The translations under genes and the position numbers were made by a program. A stretch of 64,000 nt of DNA from the NCBI GenBank assembly GCA_965198905.1, contig OZ240678.1, positions 1,329,361 through 1,393,360 on the forward strand, read 5' to 3'. The notes below the pieces were generated by a model. It was not told the DNA's origin. It saw only the letters and a program-made list of their open reading frames with translations, and did no database searches. Shown one piece after another: positions 19,211-28,061 of this stretch. Each line of letters opens with the position of its first letter. The first letter of the stretch is position 1. The stretch is from Caulobacteraceae bacterium (lineage in GTDB: Bacteria; Pseudomonadota; Alphaproteobacteria; Caulobacterales; Caulobacteraceae).

Positions 19211-19795
19211 CTAGATCAGGCCTTCGTGCTTCATGGCCTTTTGAACCGAAGGTAGCGCCCTCATCCGCTCGCGATAACCGCTGAGCCGGGCGGGAGCTTC
19301 CACCCCAAACTTCTGCGCCCATAAAAGCATGACGAACAGATAAAAGTCGGCGACGCTTACATCGTCGCCGAGCAGGTAGCCTCCCTTGAGGGTGTCGGCG
19401 AGGTAGGCCATCCGCTTGACGATCGTCTCACCGGCCTTTGACTTCTCGTCATCACCAGCACCGGCGAAGAATGGCTTGAAGCTCTTGTGGATTTCGGTGG
19501 AGATATAGGCGAGCGCTTCGAGAAGACGCGTGTGCCCCATCGGGCCGGACGGCTGGAGCGCAGAGTCCTGATGGGCGATCCAGTCGAGGATCGCGATGTT
19601 TTCGCTCAGCGTCTCGCCGGAGTCGAGTGTCAGCGCGGGCACATAGCCTTTGGGGTTGATCGCTGTGAAGTCAGCGCCGCTTTCGGTTCGCCCGGTCTTC
19701 AGGTCGACCTTCTCATGATCAAACGCCAACCCCGCCTGATGCAAGGCGATGTGGTCGGCGAGGCTGCAGGCCCCGGGAGCGTAATAAAGCTTCAT
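19211..19795 (-). CDS. Glutathione S-transferase
   Basis: 194 aa. MKLYYAPGACSLADHIALHQAGLAFDHEKVDL...NPKGYVPAL...LSENIAILDWIA is the beta-class GST pattern. Confidence 0.85.
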   Translation of the reverse strand: MKLYYAPGACSLADHIALHQAGLAFDHEKVDLKTGRTESGADFTAINPKGYVPALTLDSGETLSENIAILDWIAHQDSALQPSGPMGHTRLLEALAYISTEIHKSFKPFFAGAGDDEKSKAGETIVKRMAYLADTLKGGYLLGDDVSVADFYLFVMLLWAQKFGVEAPARLSGYRERMRALPSVQKAMKHEGLI

Positions 19796-19984
19796 CTATC
19801 TTCCCTTTGCGTGCGGGAAGACAACGCCCAGACCCGCTGTAGGTCGCCGGCCGGATGCGGATCAACGTCTGGGCGATGCGAGGGAGCAGCCGGGTCGGTG
19901 CGCCGGCGCACCCGCCGGCGCCTTAGCCGGCCTGGATACGTTGTATCCGCGAGCCGAGCTTCGGCCATCGACCGAGAGACCGCC

Positions 19985-20875
19985 ATGTCAGACACCGCCA
20001 TGTCAGACGACGCCGCGCCGCAACTGTTGAGCAAGGAAGATCGGGAGGCGTTGCGGCTGGCCATGCTCAGCCTCGAGCAGAGAGGCCTCACCGATCATCT
20101 CCTAGGCCTGACGAGCAAGCTCACCCAGCCCGGCCTGACAATGCTCTCGAAGCTCTCGCCGAAAGCCGCTCACGGATTGGTGGAGCGGATGGTTCAGACG
20201 GCGCTGAGAAAGGCGTTCGATGTCGTGCTCGTCAGCGTCGCGAAGCACGGGTCTCGCCTCACCGGCCTTGGATGGCTCGACCGGGGGCTGTCGTCGTCAT
20301 GGGTGGATAGCGCCGCAAGCGTCGCGTCCGGCGCCGTGGGCGGGTTCGGCGGCTTGGCGTCCACCGCGGTGGAACTTCCCATCACCACGGCCTTCCTGAT
20401 GCGCTCCGTCGCCCAGATCGCGGTCAAGGCCGGCGAGGACCTTCAAACCGACGAGGCCAAGCTCCAGTGCCTTCAGGTTTTCGCCCTCGGGGGGACGCCG
20501 ACGTCCGCCTTCAGCACCGAGAGCGAATACTATGGCGCGCGCCTGGCGCTTTCAGGCTACCTGCCGAAGCTGGCCGACAAGTCCCTTAAAGAGGTCCTGC
20601 CCAAGCTGATCGTGGACGTGTCGCGCAAGTTCTCGGTCGACGTTGCGGCGAAGATATCCTCGCAGGCCGTGCCGTTCATCGGTGCGGCGACCGGGGCGAG
20701 CCTGAATCTCATGTTCATGCGCTACTACAATGAAAAGGCGAGGGCCCATTTTGCGATCAGACGGCTGGAACGCGCCTACGGCGTGGAGCCGGTGCGGTCC
20801 GAGTATGAAAGACTGGTCGCGCAGTGGAAGCTCGGCGGCCAGCCTCATGACGGCGCAAGGGTCGCCGCCGCCTAG
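19985..20875 (+). CDS. EcsC-family protein
   Basis: Start at MSDTAMSDD (ATG 19985); the ORF-track extension back to 19487 overlaps the GST gene. The C-terminal ...AVPFIGAATGASLNLMFMRYYNEKARAHFAIRRLERAYG resembles the EcsC family. Its stop overlaps the convergent DsbA-like stop in CTAG. Confidence 0.55.
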   Translation: MSDTAMSDDAAPQLLSKEDREALRLAMLSLEQRGLTDHLLGLTSKLTQPGLTMLSKLSPKAAHGLVERMVQTALRKAFDVVLVSVAKHGSRLTGLGWLDRGLSSSWVDSAASVASGAVGGFGGLASTAVELPITTAFLMRSVAQIAVKAGEDLQTDEAKLQCLQVFALGGTPTSAFSTESEYYGARLALSGYLPKLADKSLKEVLPKLIVDVSRKFSVDVAAKISSQAVPFIGAATGASLNLMFMRYYNEKARAHFAIRRLERAYGVEPVRSEYERLVAQWKLGGQPHDGARVAAA

Positions 20876-21519
20876 CTTTCCGCCGCGATGGACCGCAGCG
20901 CCGTCTCGAACGCCGCCGCAGGCTGGCCGCCCGAGATGAGGTACTGGTCGTTGATGACCACGGCGGGGACCGAGCTGATCCCACGCTCCTGCCACAGACG
21001 CTCCGCCGCCCGCACGTCTTCGGCATAGCGGCCCGAGGTCAGCACGGCCCGCGCCTCGACGGGGTCGAGACCGACCTCCTGCGCCTTCGCAACGAGCACG
21101 TCGGGATCGCCGGGATTAAGCCCTTCGGTGAAGTAGGCGTCGAAAAGCGCGTGCTTCAGCGCCGCCTGCTTGCCTGTGGGTTCGGCCCAGTGCAGCAGGC
21201 GATGGGCGTCGAAGGTATTGTAGACACGGCTGTCCGGCCCGGTCTTGATCTCGAACCCCACTTCGCTGGCGCGGTCTCGTATCGCCTGCCGGTTGGTGGC
21301 CCATTGTGCGGGCGTGGAGCCATATTTCTGCGTGATGTGCTCGACGATGTTCTGCCCCTCGGGCGGCATGGTCGGGTTCAGTTCGAAGGGCTGGAAGTGG
21401 ATGTCGGCCTGAACCAGATCGCCCACCCGATCCAGCGCCTCTTCCAGACCCCCCAGGCCGACGACGCACCACGGGCAGGATACGTCGGAGACGAAATCAA
21501 TTTTCATGGGCTTGGGCAT
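20872..21519 (-). CDS. DsbA-family oxidoreductase (FrnE / 2-hydroxychromene-2-carboxylate isomerase-like)
   Basis: 215 aa. KIDFVSDVSCPWCVVG is a CxxC thioredoxin-fold motif. GISSVPAVVINDQYLISGGQP. Confidence 0.8.
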   Translation of the reverse strand: MPKPMKIDFVSDVSCPWCVVGLGGLEEALDRVGDLVQADIHFQPFELNPTMPPEGQNIVEHITQKYGSTPAQWATNRQAIRDRASEVGFEIKTGPDSRVYNTFDAHRLLHWAEPTGKQAALKHALFDAYFTEGLNPGDPDVLVAKAQEVGLDPVEARAVLTSGRYAEDVRAAERLWQERGISSVPAVVINDQYLISGGQPAAAFETALRSIAAES

Positions 21520-21695
21520 CGAACGACCTCATGCGGGGTGTGAGGTCGATATGGCCGCCGGCGCCGACGACGCAAGCCGAACGCGGATAGGGCGGCTTTA
21601 ACTGGAGAACGCCACGTTGGCGCGGCTCGACGCAGATCTCGGCCCGGCCAAGGCCCTCTTGCTGGGTGCGCTCGGGTCGAAGGCGCGGCTCTCAC

Positions 21696-22151
21696 CTATC
21701 CCTGTCCGGTCGAGCCGAAGCCCGCCTGCCCGCGCGTCGTCGTGGCGTGGTCTTCCACCACCGCCCATTCGACCGTGGCATGGGCGGCGACCACCAGTTG
21801 GGCGATGCGGTCGCCGCGGGTCACCGTAAAGGGCTCTGCGCCCATGTTGGCCAGGATCACCCCGATCTCGCCCCGATAGTCGCTATCCACCGTGCCGGGC
21901 GAGTTCAGGCAGGTGACGCCGAACTTCAGGGCGAGCCCGGAGCGGGGCCGCACCTGCGCCTCGAAGCCCTCCGGCACAGCGATCCTCAGGCCGGTCGGGA
22001 CCAGAGCCCGGCCGCCCGGCGGCAGGACCACGGGCGCGTCGAGGGGGACGGCGGCGCGCAGGTCCATGCCCGCCGCGCCCGCACTGGCGTAGGCCGGAAG
22101 CTCCAGCCCTTGGTGGTGGGGCAGGACGGTGACGTCCACGCTCAGCTTCAC
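21696..22151 (-). CDS. dut: dUTP diphosphatase
   Basis: [60 protein letters not shown] start at 22151 overlaps the coaBC stop (GTGA). The longer ORF-track N-terminus is an artefact. Confidence 0.9.
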   Translation of the reverse strand: MKLSVDVTVLPHHQGLELPAYASAGAAGMDLRAAVPLDAPVVLPPGGRALVPTGLRIAVPEGFEAQVRPRSGLALKFGVTCLNSPGTVDSDYRGEIGVILANMGAEPFTVTRGDRIAQLVVAAHATVEWAVVEDHATTTRGQAGFGSTGQG

Positions 22152-23419
22152 GCCAGCGCCTCCGCGATCCGCTCCGCCAGCCGCTCGGCCACGGCGCGCT
22201 TGGAGGCCGGGGGCCAGGGCTCCGGCCCCTGGCGGGTGACCAGCGTCACCACGGTGTCCTCGCCGCCGAACACGCCGGGTCGGGTGACGTCGTTGGCCAC
22301 CAGCCAGTCGCAACCCTTGCGGGCCAACTTGGAGGCGGCGTTGGCCTCCAGTTCGTCGGTCTCGGCCGCAAAGCCCACCACCAGCCTGGGCCGGGCCGGA
22401 CCGGGGGCGGACAGGCCGGCCAGGATGTCCGGGTTCTCCACCAGGCGCAGGGGCTCAGGCCCGCCCGCGCCCTTCTTCAGCTTGCGCCCTGCGAGCGTTG
22501 CGGGGCGCCAGTCGGCGACGGCGGCGACCATCACCGCTACGTCCACCGGCAGGGCGGCGTCGCAGGCGGCCTGCATCTCGCGCGCGCTCTGCACGTCCAC
22601 CCGCCGCACGCCCGGCGGTGCGTCAAGAACGGTGGGGCCGGAGACCAGGGTCACCTCGGCCCCGAGCGCCGCCAGCGCGGCGGCGACCGCATAGCCCTGC
22701 TTGCCGCTGGAGTGGTTGGTCAGATAGCGCACCGGGTCGATCGCCTCGCGGGTCGGCCCAGCGGTCACCAGCGCCCGGCGCCCCGCCAGCGGCCGCGCCT
22801 GAAGCGAGCCCCCCCCCTCCCTGAGCCTGTCCAGCACGGCCTCGGCGATCGCTTCGGGTTCGGCCAGCCGGCCTTCGCCGTACTCGCCGCAGGCCATGGC
22901 GCCGTCGGTCGGGCCCACGAAGCGGACGCCGTCCGCCTTGAGCCGCTCCAGGTTCCGGACCGTGGCGGGGTGGCTCCACATGCGCACGTTCATGGCCGGG
23001 GCCATCAGCACCGGGGTGTCGGTGGCCAGCAGCGTGGTGGAGGCGAGATCGTCGCAGAGTCCCGCGGCGGCCTTGGCCATCAGGTCGGCGGTGGCGGGGA
23101 CCACCACGATCAGGTCGGCCGAACGCGAAAGTTCGATATGGCCCATCTCCGCCTCGTCGGTGAGGGAGAACAGGTCCTGATAGACCTTGTCCCCGCAAAG
23201 CGCTGCGAGCGACAGCGGGGTGACGAACTTCGCCCCGGCCCGGGTGAGCAGGGGGCGCACGGCCACGCCGCGCTTCCTCAGCAACCGCGCCAGCTCCAGC
23301 GCCTTGAAGGCGGCGACGCCGCCGCCGACGATCAGCAGGATGCGCTTGCCGTCCAAGCCTGCGGCCTCCCTTGCAACCGACCTAGCGCCTCCCACAGGCT
23401 CGTGGAAAGCACAAGACAA
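22148..23419 (-). CDS. coaBC: Bifunctional phosphopantothenoylcysteine decarboxylase / phosphopantothenate-cysteine ligase
   Basis: 423 aa. [71 protein letters not shown]. The exact start is uncertain. Confidence 0.92.
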   Translation of the reverse strand: MSCAFHEPVGGARSVAREAAGLDGKRILLIVGGGVAAFKALELARLLRKRGVAVRPLLTRAGAKFVTPLSLAALCGDKVYQDLFSLTDEAEMGHIELSRSADLIVVVPATADLMAKAAAGLCDDLASTTLLATDTPVLMAPAMNVRMWSHPATVRNLERLKADGVRFVGPTDGAMACGEYGEGRLAEPEAIAEAVLDRLREGGGSLQARPLAGRRALVTAGPTREAIDPVRYLTNHSSGKQGYAVAAALAALGAEVTLVSGPTVLDAPPGVRRVDVQSAREMQAACDAALPVDVAVMVAAVADWRPATLAGRKLKKGAGGPEPLRLVENPDILAGLSAPGPARPRLVVGFAAETDELEANAASKLARKGCDWLVANDVTRPGVFGGEDTVVTLVTRQGPEPWPPASKRAVAERLAERIAEALA

Positions 23420-23484
23420 AGGCCAGAGGTTCGCGTTAAGGTTTTTGCCGAACGGACCCGATCTGGGGCTGTACGGGGGACGAT

Positions 23485-24129
23485 ATGGGGCAGGAAAGAC
23501 GCGGCCGCGCGACGCTGATGACGTTCGCGGCCATGGGGGCGCTGGCGATCGCCGGCTGCAGCCGCAGCAACGGGACGAGCGAGGCGGCGTCCGGCGGCGC
23601 GAGCGGGGCGGCCGCGGCGGGAGGCGACCAAGCCTATGCCGCAGGCCGCAGCCGCAGCGGCTCGGCCTATGGCGGCGGCTACGGGGAGCGGGCGGACCGC
23701 GCCCCTGCGCCCATGTTCCACGGCGAGCCGGAGTGGAGCCAGAACCGCAGCCACACCGCCCAGGAGAACGCGCAATACCACTTCGAGCGCGCGGGCGCAG
23801 ACCTCGGCGCCAAGACGCTCGACGACTTCCTGACCAAGGTGCACCACTTCGGCGACCACCCGCCGGCGGGCGCCCTGAAGCTTACCCGGGCCAATGGCGA
23901 CCGGCTGCTCTACGATCCAAAGTCCAACCTGTTCGCCGTGTTCACCCGCGACGGGGCGCCGCGAACCGTGTTCAAGCCGTCCAGCGGCATGGACTACTGG
24001 ACCGAGCAGAAGGCGCGCGAACAGGCGGACGCCAGCGGCGGCGGCTATCACCGGCGGTCCTACAGCGGCGGCGGGTACGGGCGGAGCGAGGGCTCCGGCG
24101 GCTCGACCTCCGGCGACCAGGGCGACTGA
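23485..24129 (+). CDS. Hypothetical lipoprotein with Gly/Ser/Tyr-rich linkers
   Basis: Lipobox LAIAGCS. Central folded-looking segment NAQYHFERAGADLGAKTLDDFLTKVHHFGDHPP...LLYDPKSNLFAVFTRDGAPRTVFKPSSGMDYW. I recognise no family. Confidence 0.55.
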   Translation: MGQERRGRATLMTFAAMGALAIAGCSRSNGTSEAASGGASGAAAAGGDQAYAAGRSRSGSAYGGGYGERADRAPAPMFHGEPEWSQNRSHTAQENAQYHFERAGADLGAKTLDDFLTKVHHFGDHPPAGALKLTRANGDRLLYDPKSNLFAVFTRDGAPRTVFKPSSGMDYWTEQKAREQADASGGGYHRRSYSGGGYGRSEGSGGSTSGDQGD

Positions 24130-24138
24130 TCCGTCGCG

Positions 24139-24174
24139 CCCTTCCCCTCCCCTCAAGGGGGAGGGAGAAGGGTC
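24139..24174. repeat. Family-B-like hairpin, copy B2 (just 3' of the lipoprotein gene)
   Basis: cccttcccctcccctcaagggggagggagaagggtc is a perfect long hairpin. It starts 10 nt after the stop codon and is a likely transcript-end structure. Confidence 0.7.
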
Positions 24175-24239
24175 CGGCGGTTAACCGTTCGGTGGGAGAC
24201 GGCGGGCTAGGCTGAAGCAAGTTCCAGGCCAGGAGGGCC

Positions 24240-25763
24240 GTGGTGTCGCTCAGCCCGCGTCTAGAGTTCCGGCAAGGCCAGAGCCTTGTCATCACCCCCC
24301 AGCTGCAGCAGGCGATCAAGCTGCTGCAGCTTTCCAACATCGAGCTCGACGCCTTCGTGGAAGCGGAGCTGGAGCGCAACCCGCTGCTGGCCCGAGACGA
24401 GCCGGACGCGGAGGCGGAGAGCGAGCCCGCGGGAGACGCCGCGCCGTCTGAGGCCGGTCTGCTGTCGGACAGCGCGCCGGGCGGGGCGGTGGAGAGCGAC
24501 CTGGACGCGCGCTCCGACGACATCCACGTGGACGCCTCCCCGGGCGATCGGGCCTGCGGCGACGCGCCTGCGGCCGAGGGCGCCGACGCCGGTGGACTGA
24601 CCGACTGGTCCCAGGCCTCCAAGGGCGCGGTCCTGGACGGCGACGGCGAAGACTACATCTCGGCGATCCGGCGCGAGCCCACGCTGAACGAGCATCTGCG
24701 CGAGCAGATCGCGCTGCTGAGCCTGCAGGGCGCCGACGCCGCGATCGCCGCGGTGCTCACGGACGCGGTGGACGAGGGCGGCTATCTGCGAGCCGAGACC
24801 GCGGACGTGGCCTGGCGTCTTGGATGCGGGACGGCGCGGGTCGAGGCGGTCCTGGGTCGGCTGCAGGGGCTTGATCCCACCGGCGTCTTCGCCCGGGACG
24901 TGCGCGAATGCCTGATGCTGCAGCTGCGCGAACGGGACCGGCTCGATCCCGCCATGCAGGCCCTGCTGGACAACCTGTCGCTGGTCGCCAGGCGCGACAT
25001 CGCTGGCCTCAGGCGGGTGTGCGGCGTGGACGAGGACGACGTCCGCGAAATGATGGCCGAGGTGCGCGCGCTGACGCCCCGCCCGGGCGCCGCGTTCGGC
25101 GGAGACCCGGTGCAAGGCGTCGTGCCGGACGTCTTCGTCCGCGCCGACGGCCTGGGCTTGTGGCGGGTGGAGCTGAACACCGACACCCTGCCCAAGGTGC
25201 TGCTCGACCGGCGCTATCACGCCCGGGTCTGCGCCGGCGCCAAGACCGATGCGGAAAAGACCTTCGTCGCCGACTGCCACGCCCAGGCCAACTGGCTGGT
25301 GAAGAGCCTGGACCAGCGGGTGCGCACGATCCTGAAGGTCTCCTCCGAGATCGTCCGCCAGCAGGACGCCTTCCTGGCGCTGGGCGTGGAGCACCTGCGG
25401 CCACTGAACCTGAAGACGGTGGCCGACGCCATCGGCATGCACGAATCCACCGTCAGCCGCGTCACCTCCAACAAGTACCTGGCGACGCCCCGGGGCGTGT
25501 TCGAGATGAAGTTCTTCTTCACCTCCTCGATCGCGTCGTCGGACGGCGGCGAGGCGCATTCGGCCGAAGCGGTCCGCCACCGCATCCGCGGCCTGATCGA
25601 CTCCGAGCTGGAGCGGGAGGGCGTGCTGTCGGACGACCGCATCGTGGACATCCTGAAGGAGACGGGGGTGGAGATCGCCCGCCGCACGGTGGCCAAGTAC
25701 CGCGAGGCCATGCGCATCCCCTCCTCGGTCGAACGTCGCCGGCACGCCGTGGCGGCGGGCTGA
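24240..25763 (+). CDS. rpoN: RNA polymerase sigma-54 factor RpoN
   Basis: 507 aa. LEFRQGQSLVITPQLQQAIKLLQLSNIELDAFVEAELERNPLL (region I). C-terminal RpoN box ARRTVAKYREAMRIPSS. Confidence 0.95.
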   Translation: MVSLSPRLEFRQGQSLVITPQLQQAIKLLQLSNIELDAFVEAELERNPLLARDEPDAEAESEPAGDAAPSEAGLLSDSAPGGAVESDLDARSDDIHVDASPGDRACGDAPAAEGADAGGLTDWSQASKGAVLDGDGEDYISAIRREPTLNEHLREQIALLSLQGADAAIAAVLTDAVDEGGYLRAETADVAWRLGCGTARVEAVLGRLQGLDPTGVFARDVRECLMLQLRERDRLDPAMQALLDNLSLVARRDIAGLRRVCGVDEDDVREMMAEVRALTPRPGAAFGGDPVQGVVPDVFVRADGLGLWRVELNTDTLPKVLLDRRYHARVCAGAKTDAEKTFVADCHAQANWLVKSLDQRVRTILKVSSEIVRQQDAFLALGVEHLRPLNLKTVADAIGMHESTVSRVTSNKYLATPRGVFEMKFFFTSSIASSDGGEAHSAEAVRHRIRGLIDSELEREGVLSDDRIVDILKETGVEIARRTVAKYREAMRIPSSVERRRHAVAAG

Positions 25764-25899
25764 TCCCGCCGGCCTCCCCGCCGCCCTGGCGACGGAGCCG
25801 CGCGATCGCCTGAACTTCGCCGCGTCCACCACGTTTGATGTGCATGCGGGGCGACGTTCCGCCGTCCCGCTGCAAACCTCAGCTTACGGACGGACGCGA

Positions 25900-26577
25900 A
25901 TGGCTTCCAACACCGCTCCCTCTTCCCTGACCGTTCAGGTCTCCGGCCGGCACATGGCCGTCGGCGACGCCTTGCGAACCCGCGTCACCGACGAACTGGT
26001 GGCCGGGATCGGGAAGTATTTCGATCGCGGCGGCAGTGCCGAGGTCACGGTGGCGCGCGACGGCCATGGCGTCTGCGTCGACGTGGTGGTGATGCTGGCG
26101 ACCGGACAGCAGCTGGTCGCCAGCGGTCAGGGCGGCGACGCCCACGCCGCGTTCGACGCCGCCCTGACCAAGGTCGAGACCCGCATCCGCCGCTACAAGC
26201 GACGCCTGGTGAACCACCACGGCGCCGGCGGGGTCAAGGGCGCGCCGGAGATGGCGGCCTTCACCGTTCTGCGCGCCCCCGAGGACGAGGACGAGTTCGA
26301 CGAGGAGTGGGGCGCCGACGGCTCCGCCGGGGCCGGCGCGCCCGCCGCCATGATCATCGCCGAGGCCCAGGCCGCGGTGAAGACCCAGACCGTCTCCATG
26401 GCGGTGATGGAGCTGGACCTGTCCGGTTCCCCCGTCGTGCTGTTCAGGAACGCCGCGCACGGAGGGCTGTCGGTGGTCTATCGCCGAGCCGATGGAAACA
26501 TCGGCTGGATCGACCCGGAACGGACGCCGGTCACGCCGGCTCCCGCCGCCGTCGCGCCCGAGCACGCGCGGATGTGA
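25900..26577 (+). CDS. hpf: Ribosome hibernation promoting factor (long HPF / sigma-54 modulation protein family)
   Basis: Start at MASNT (ATG 25900). VSGRHMAVGDALRTRVTDEL, AAFDAALTKVETRIRRYKRRL, plus a C-terminal dimerisation-type domain (SMAVMELDLSGSPVVLFRNAAHGGLSVVYRRADGNIGWIDP). Canonical rpoN-hpf-ptsN order. Confidence 0.85.
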   Translation: MASNTAPSSLTVQVSGRHMAVGDALRTRVTDELVAGIGKYFDRGGSAEVTVARDGHGVCVDVVVMLATGQQLVASGQGGDAHAAFDAALTKVETRIRRYKRRLVNHHGAGGVKGAPEMAAFTVLRAPEDEDEFDEEWGADGSAGAGAPAAMIIAEAQAAVKTQTVSMAVMELDLSGSPVVLFRNAAHGGLSVVYRRADGNIGWIDPERTPVTPAPAAVAPEHARM

Positions 26578-26637
26578 TATGCGCCCGCCGCACATCCGGA
26601 CTAAGGGACGGCGCGCGGGCGGGGAAGACCTTTCGAG

Positions 26638-27102
26638 ATGGATATCGGCCAATGGCTTGAGCCCAACGCCATCGCGTTGCGGCAGGGCGCCGAAAGCAAG
26701 CGGCAGGCCCTGTCGGTGATGTCCGAGCTGGCGGGAAGGGCGTTGCGCCATCCCGCGGCCGACATCCTGGAGCTGTTGCTGGCGCGCGAGGCGACGGGAT
26801 CAACGGGGATGGGGCATGGGGTCGCTTTGCCCCATGCCCGCCTGACAGGCCTGCCGGGGCTCCGGGCGGTGTTCGTCCGCCTGGAAACCCCGGTCGCGTT
26901 CGACGCCGTCGACGACCAGCCGGTCGACCTCATGCTCGCCCTGTTCGCGCCGGAAGGGGCGGGCGGAGAGCACCTGCGGGCGCTGGCGCGCGCCTCCCGG
27001 GCGCTGCGCCGGTCGGAGCTGCGCGAACAGCTCCGCCAGGCACGGACGGGCGATGCGATCTACGCCCTGCTCTCCCAGGAAAGTTCGACCTCGGCGGCCT
27101 AG
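26638..27102 (+). CDS. ptsN: PTS(Ntr) EIIA component PtsN
   Basis: 154 aa. REATGSTGMGHGVALPHARL contains the phosphorylatable His motif. DDQPVDLMLALFAPE. Confidence 0.9.
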   Translation: MDIGQWLEPNAIALRQGAESKRQALSVMSELAGRALRHPAADILELLLAREATGSTGMGHGVALPHARLTGLPGLRAVFVRLETPVAFDAVDDQPVDLMLALFAPEGAGGEHLRALARASRALRRSELREQLRQARTGDAIYALLSQESSTSAA

Positions 27103-27112
27103 CCGCGGCAGG

Positions 27113-27370
27113 TCAGTGGACGGAGACCGGGGCCAGCTCGTTGGCGCGCGCGGCCGCATAGGCCGAATCCCGATCGGTCAGGATGGCGAGACGCGAGCCG
27201 TCGGCGCCATGCACGGCGTAGAGGATCTGGTGGGGCAGGATATCCAGACCTTCCTGTGCGGCGAGCGGCGTCTGGGCCAGAACATCCTCGGCCTTCACCG
27301 GACGGACATAAACCATGTCCGGGGCGCCGAGGGCGGCGAAAGCTTCATTGGTCAGAGAGTGCGTCATCAT
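27113..27370 (-). CDS. DUF1150 family protein
   Basis: 85 aa from MMTHSL (GGAGG lies 8 nt upstream). LGAPDMVYVRPV...LYAVHGADGSRLAILTDRDSAYAAARANELAPVSVH is the DUF1150 pattern. It is in the usual pairing downstream of hsp20. Confidence 0.7.
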   Translation of the reverse strand: MMTHSLTNEAFAALGAPDMVYVRPVKAEDVLAQTPLAAQEGLDILPHQILYAVHGADGSRLAILTDRDSAYAAARANELAPVSVH

Positions 27371-27412
27371 TGGACCGCCTCCAGAGTTCGGGGTTGTCCA
27401 CACGGCGGCCAG

Positions 27413-27835
27413 TCAGCCCGCGGTGCGGATGGGGATATGCTTGACGAGAGGGTCGGGGGTGGGACGAACGACGTCCAAATGCAGCAGGCCGTGCTCGAGA
27501 TGCACGTCCTCCACATCCATACCGTCGGCCAGGACGAAGGTGCGCTGAAAGCCTCGCGCCGCGATCCCGCGATGGAGATAGGACGAGCCGTCCCCCGCCT
27601 CGTTGTCGCGACGACCGACCACCAGTAACTGGTTGGCTTCCACCGTCACCTGGAGCTGGTCGGCGGAAAAGCCGGCCACCGCCATGACGATACGTAGCCG
27701 GTCTGCCGAGACCTGCTCCACATTGTAGGGAGGATAGCCCTCGGCCGCCGCCTTCGCGGCCCGCTCGATCAGCGCACGAGTCGGTTCGAACCCGAGCAGG
27801 AAGGGACCGTCGAACACCAGCGTTCGTGAATTCAT
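27413..27835 (-). CDS. Hsp20/alpha-crystallin family small heat-shock protein
   Basis: 140 aa from MNSRT (AAGAGGA upstream). [41 protein letters not shown]...ERTFVLADGMDVEDVHLEHGLLHLDV. Confidence 0.9.
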   Translation of the reverse strand: MNSRTLVFDGPFLLGFEPTRALIERAAKAAAEGYPPYNVEQVSADRLRIVMAVAGFSADQLQVTVEANQLLVVGRRDNEAGDGSSYLHRGIAARGFQRTFVLADGMDVEDVHLEHGLLHLDVVRPTPDPLVKHIPIRTAG

Positions 27836-27905
27836 CGCCAAGTCCTCTTGCAAGCGACTTCGCGAAGACCTCGCACCCACGATCGGCATGCGTCGTCCTC
27901 GACGG

Positions 27906-27938
27906 ATGGAAGGTGGCCCTGAAGGCCCAAGTTTTCAA
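27906..27938 (-). promoter_or_regulatory. Possible sigma-32-type heat-shock promoter for hsp20
   Basis: The minus strand reads TTGAAAA-N15-CCACCTTCCAT, loosely like CTTGAAA-N13-17-CCCCATNT, ~70 nt upstream of the hsp20 ATG. The match is weak. Confidence 0.25.
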
Positions 27939-28061
27939 TGCGTTCCGTTTTCTCCTCGGGGTTGAAAGCGCGCGTCGGAGGCAGCCGAACGGCGCAAGGC
28001 TCGCTCTGCGTTAACGTTTTACGGCCGTGTCGCCGTGAGCCCTGCGATGGAGGATCCTGCT

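Noticed and set aside
19487-19984. N-terminal 166-codon extension of the EcsC-like ORF
   Set aside because: The extension is antisense to the GST gene and has no coding character. The ATG at 19985 begins the conserved part (note the local tandem ccgccatgtcagac duplication giving MSDTAMSDD).
24261-25832. 523-aa minus-strand ORF covering rpoN
   Set aside because: It is antisense to a highly conserved rpoN, has low-complexity Arg/Gly/Ala/Val content, and is not supported.
27836-27905. Possible ROSE-type RNA thermometer in the hsp20 5' UTR
   Set aside because: I could only draw a short 5-bp stem (UCGCU/GGCGA) that leaves the SD in the loop. I did not find the characteristic ROSE hairpin, with a U(U/C)GCU anti-SD pairing and a bulged G, convincingly. 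It needs proper folding or a covariance-model search.
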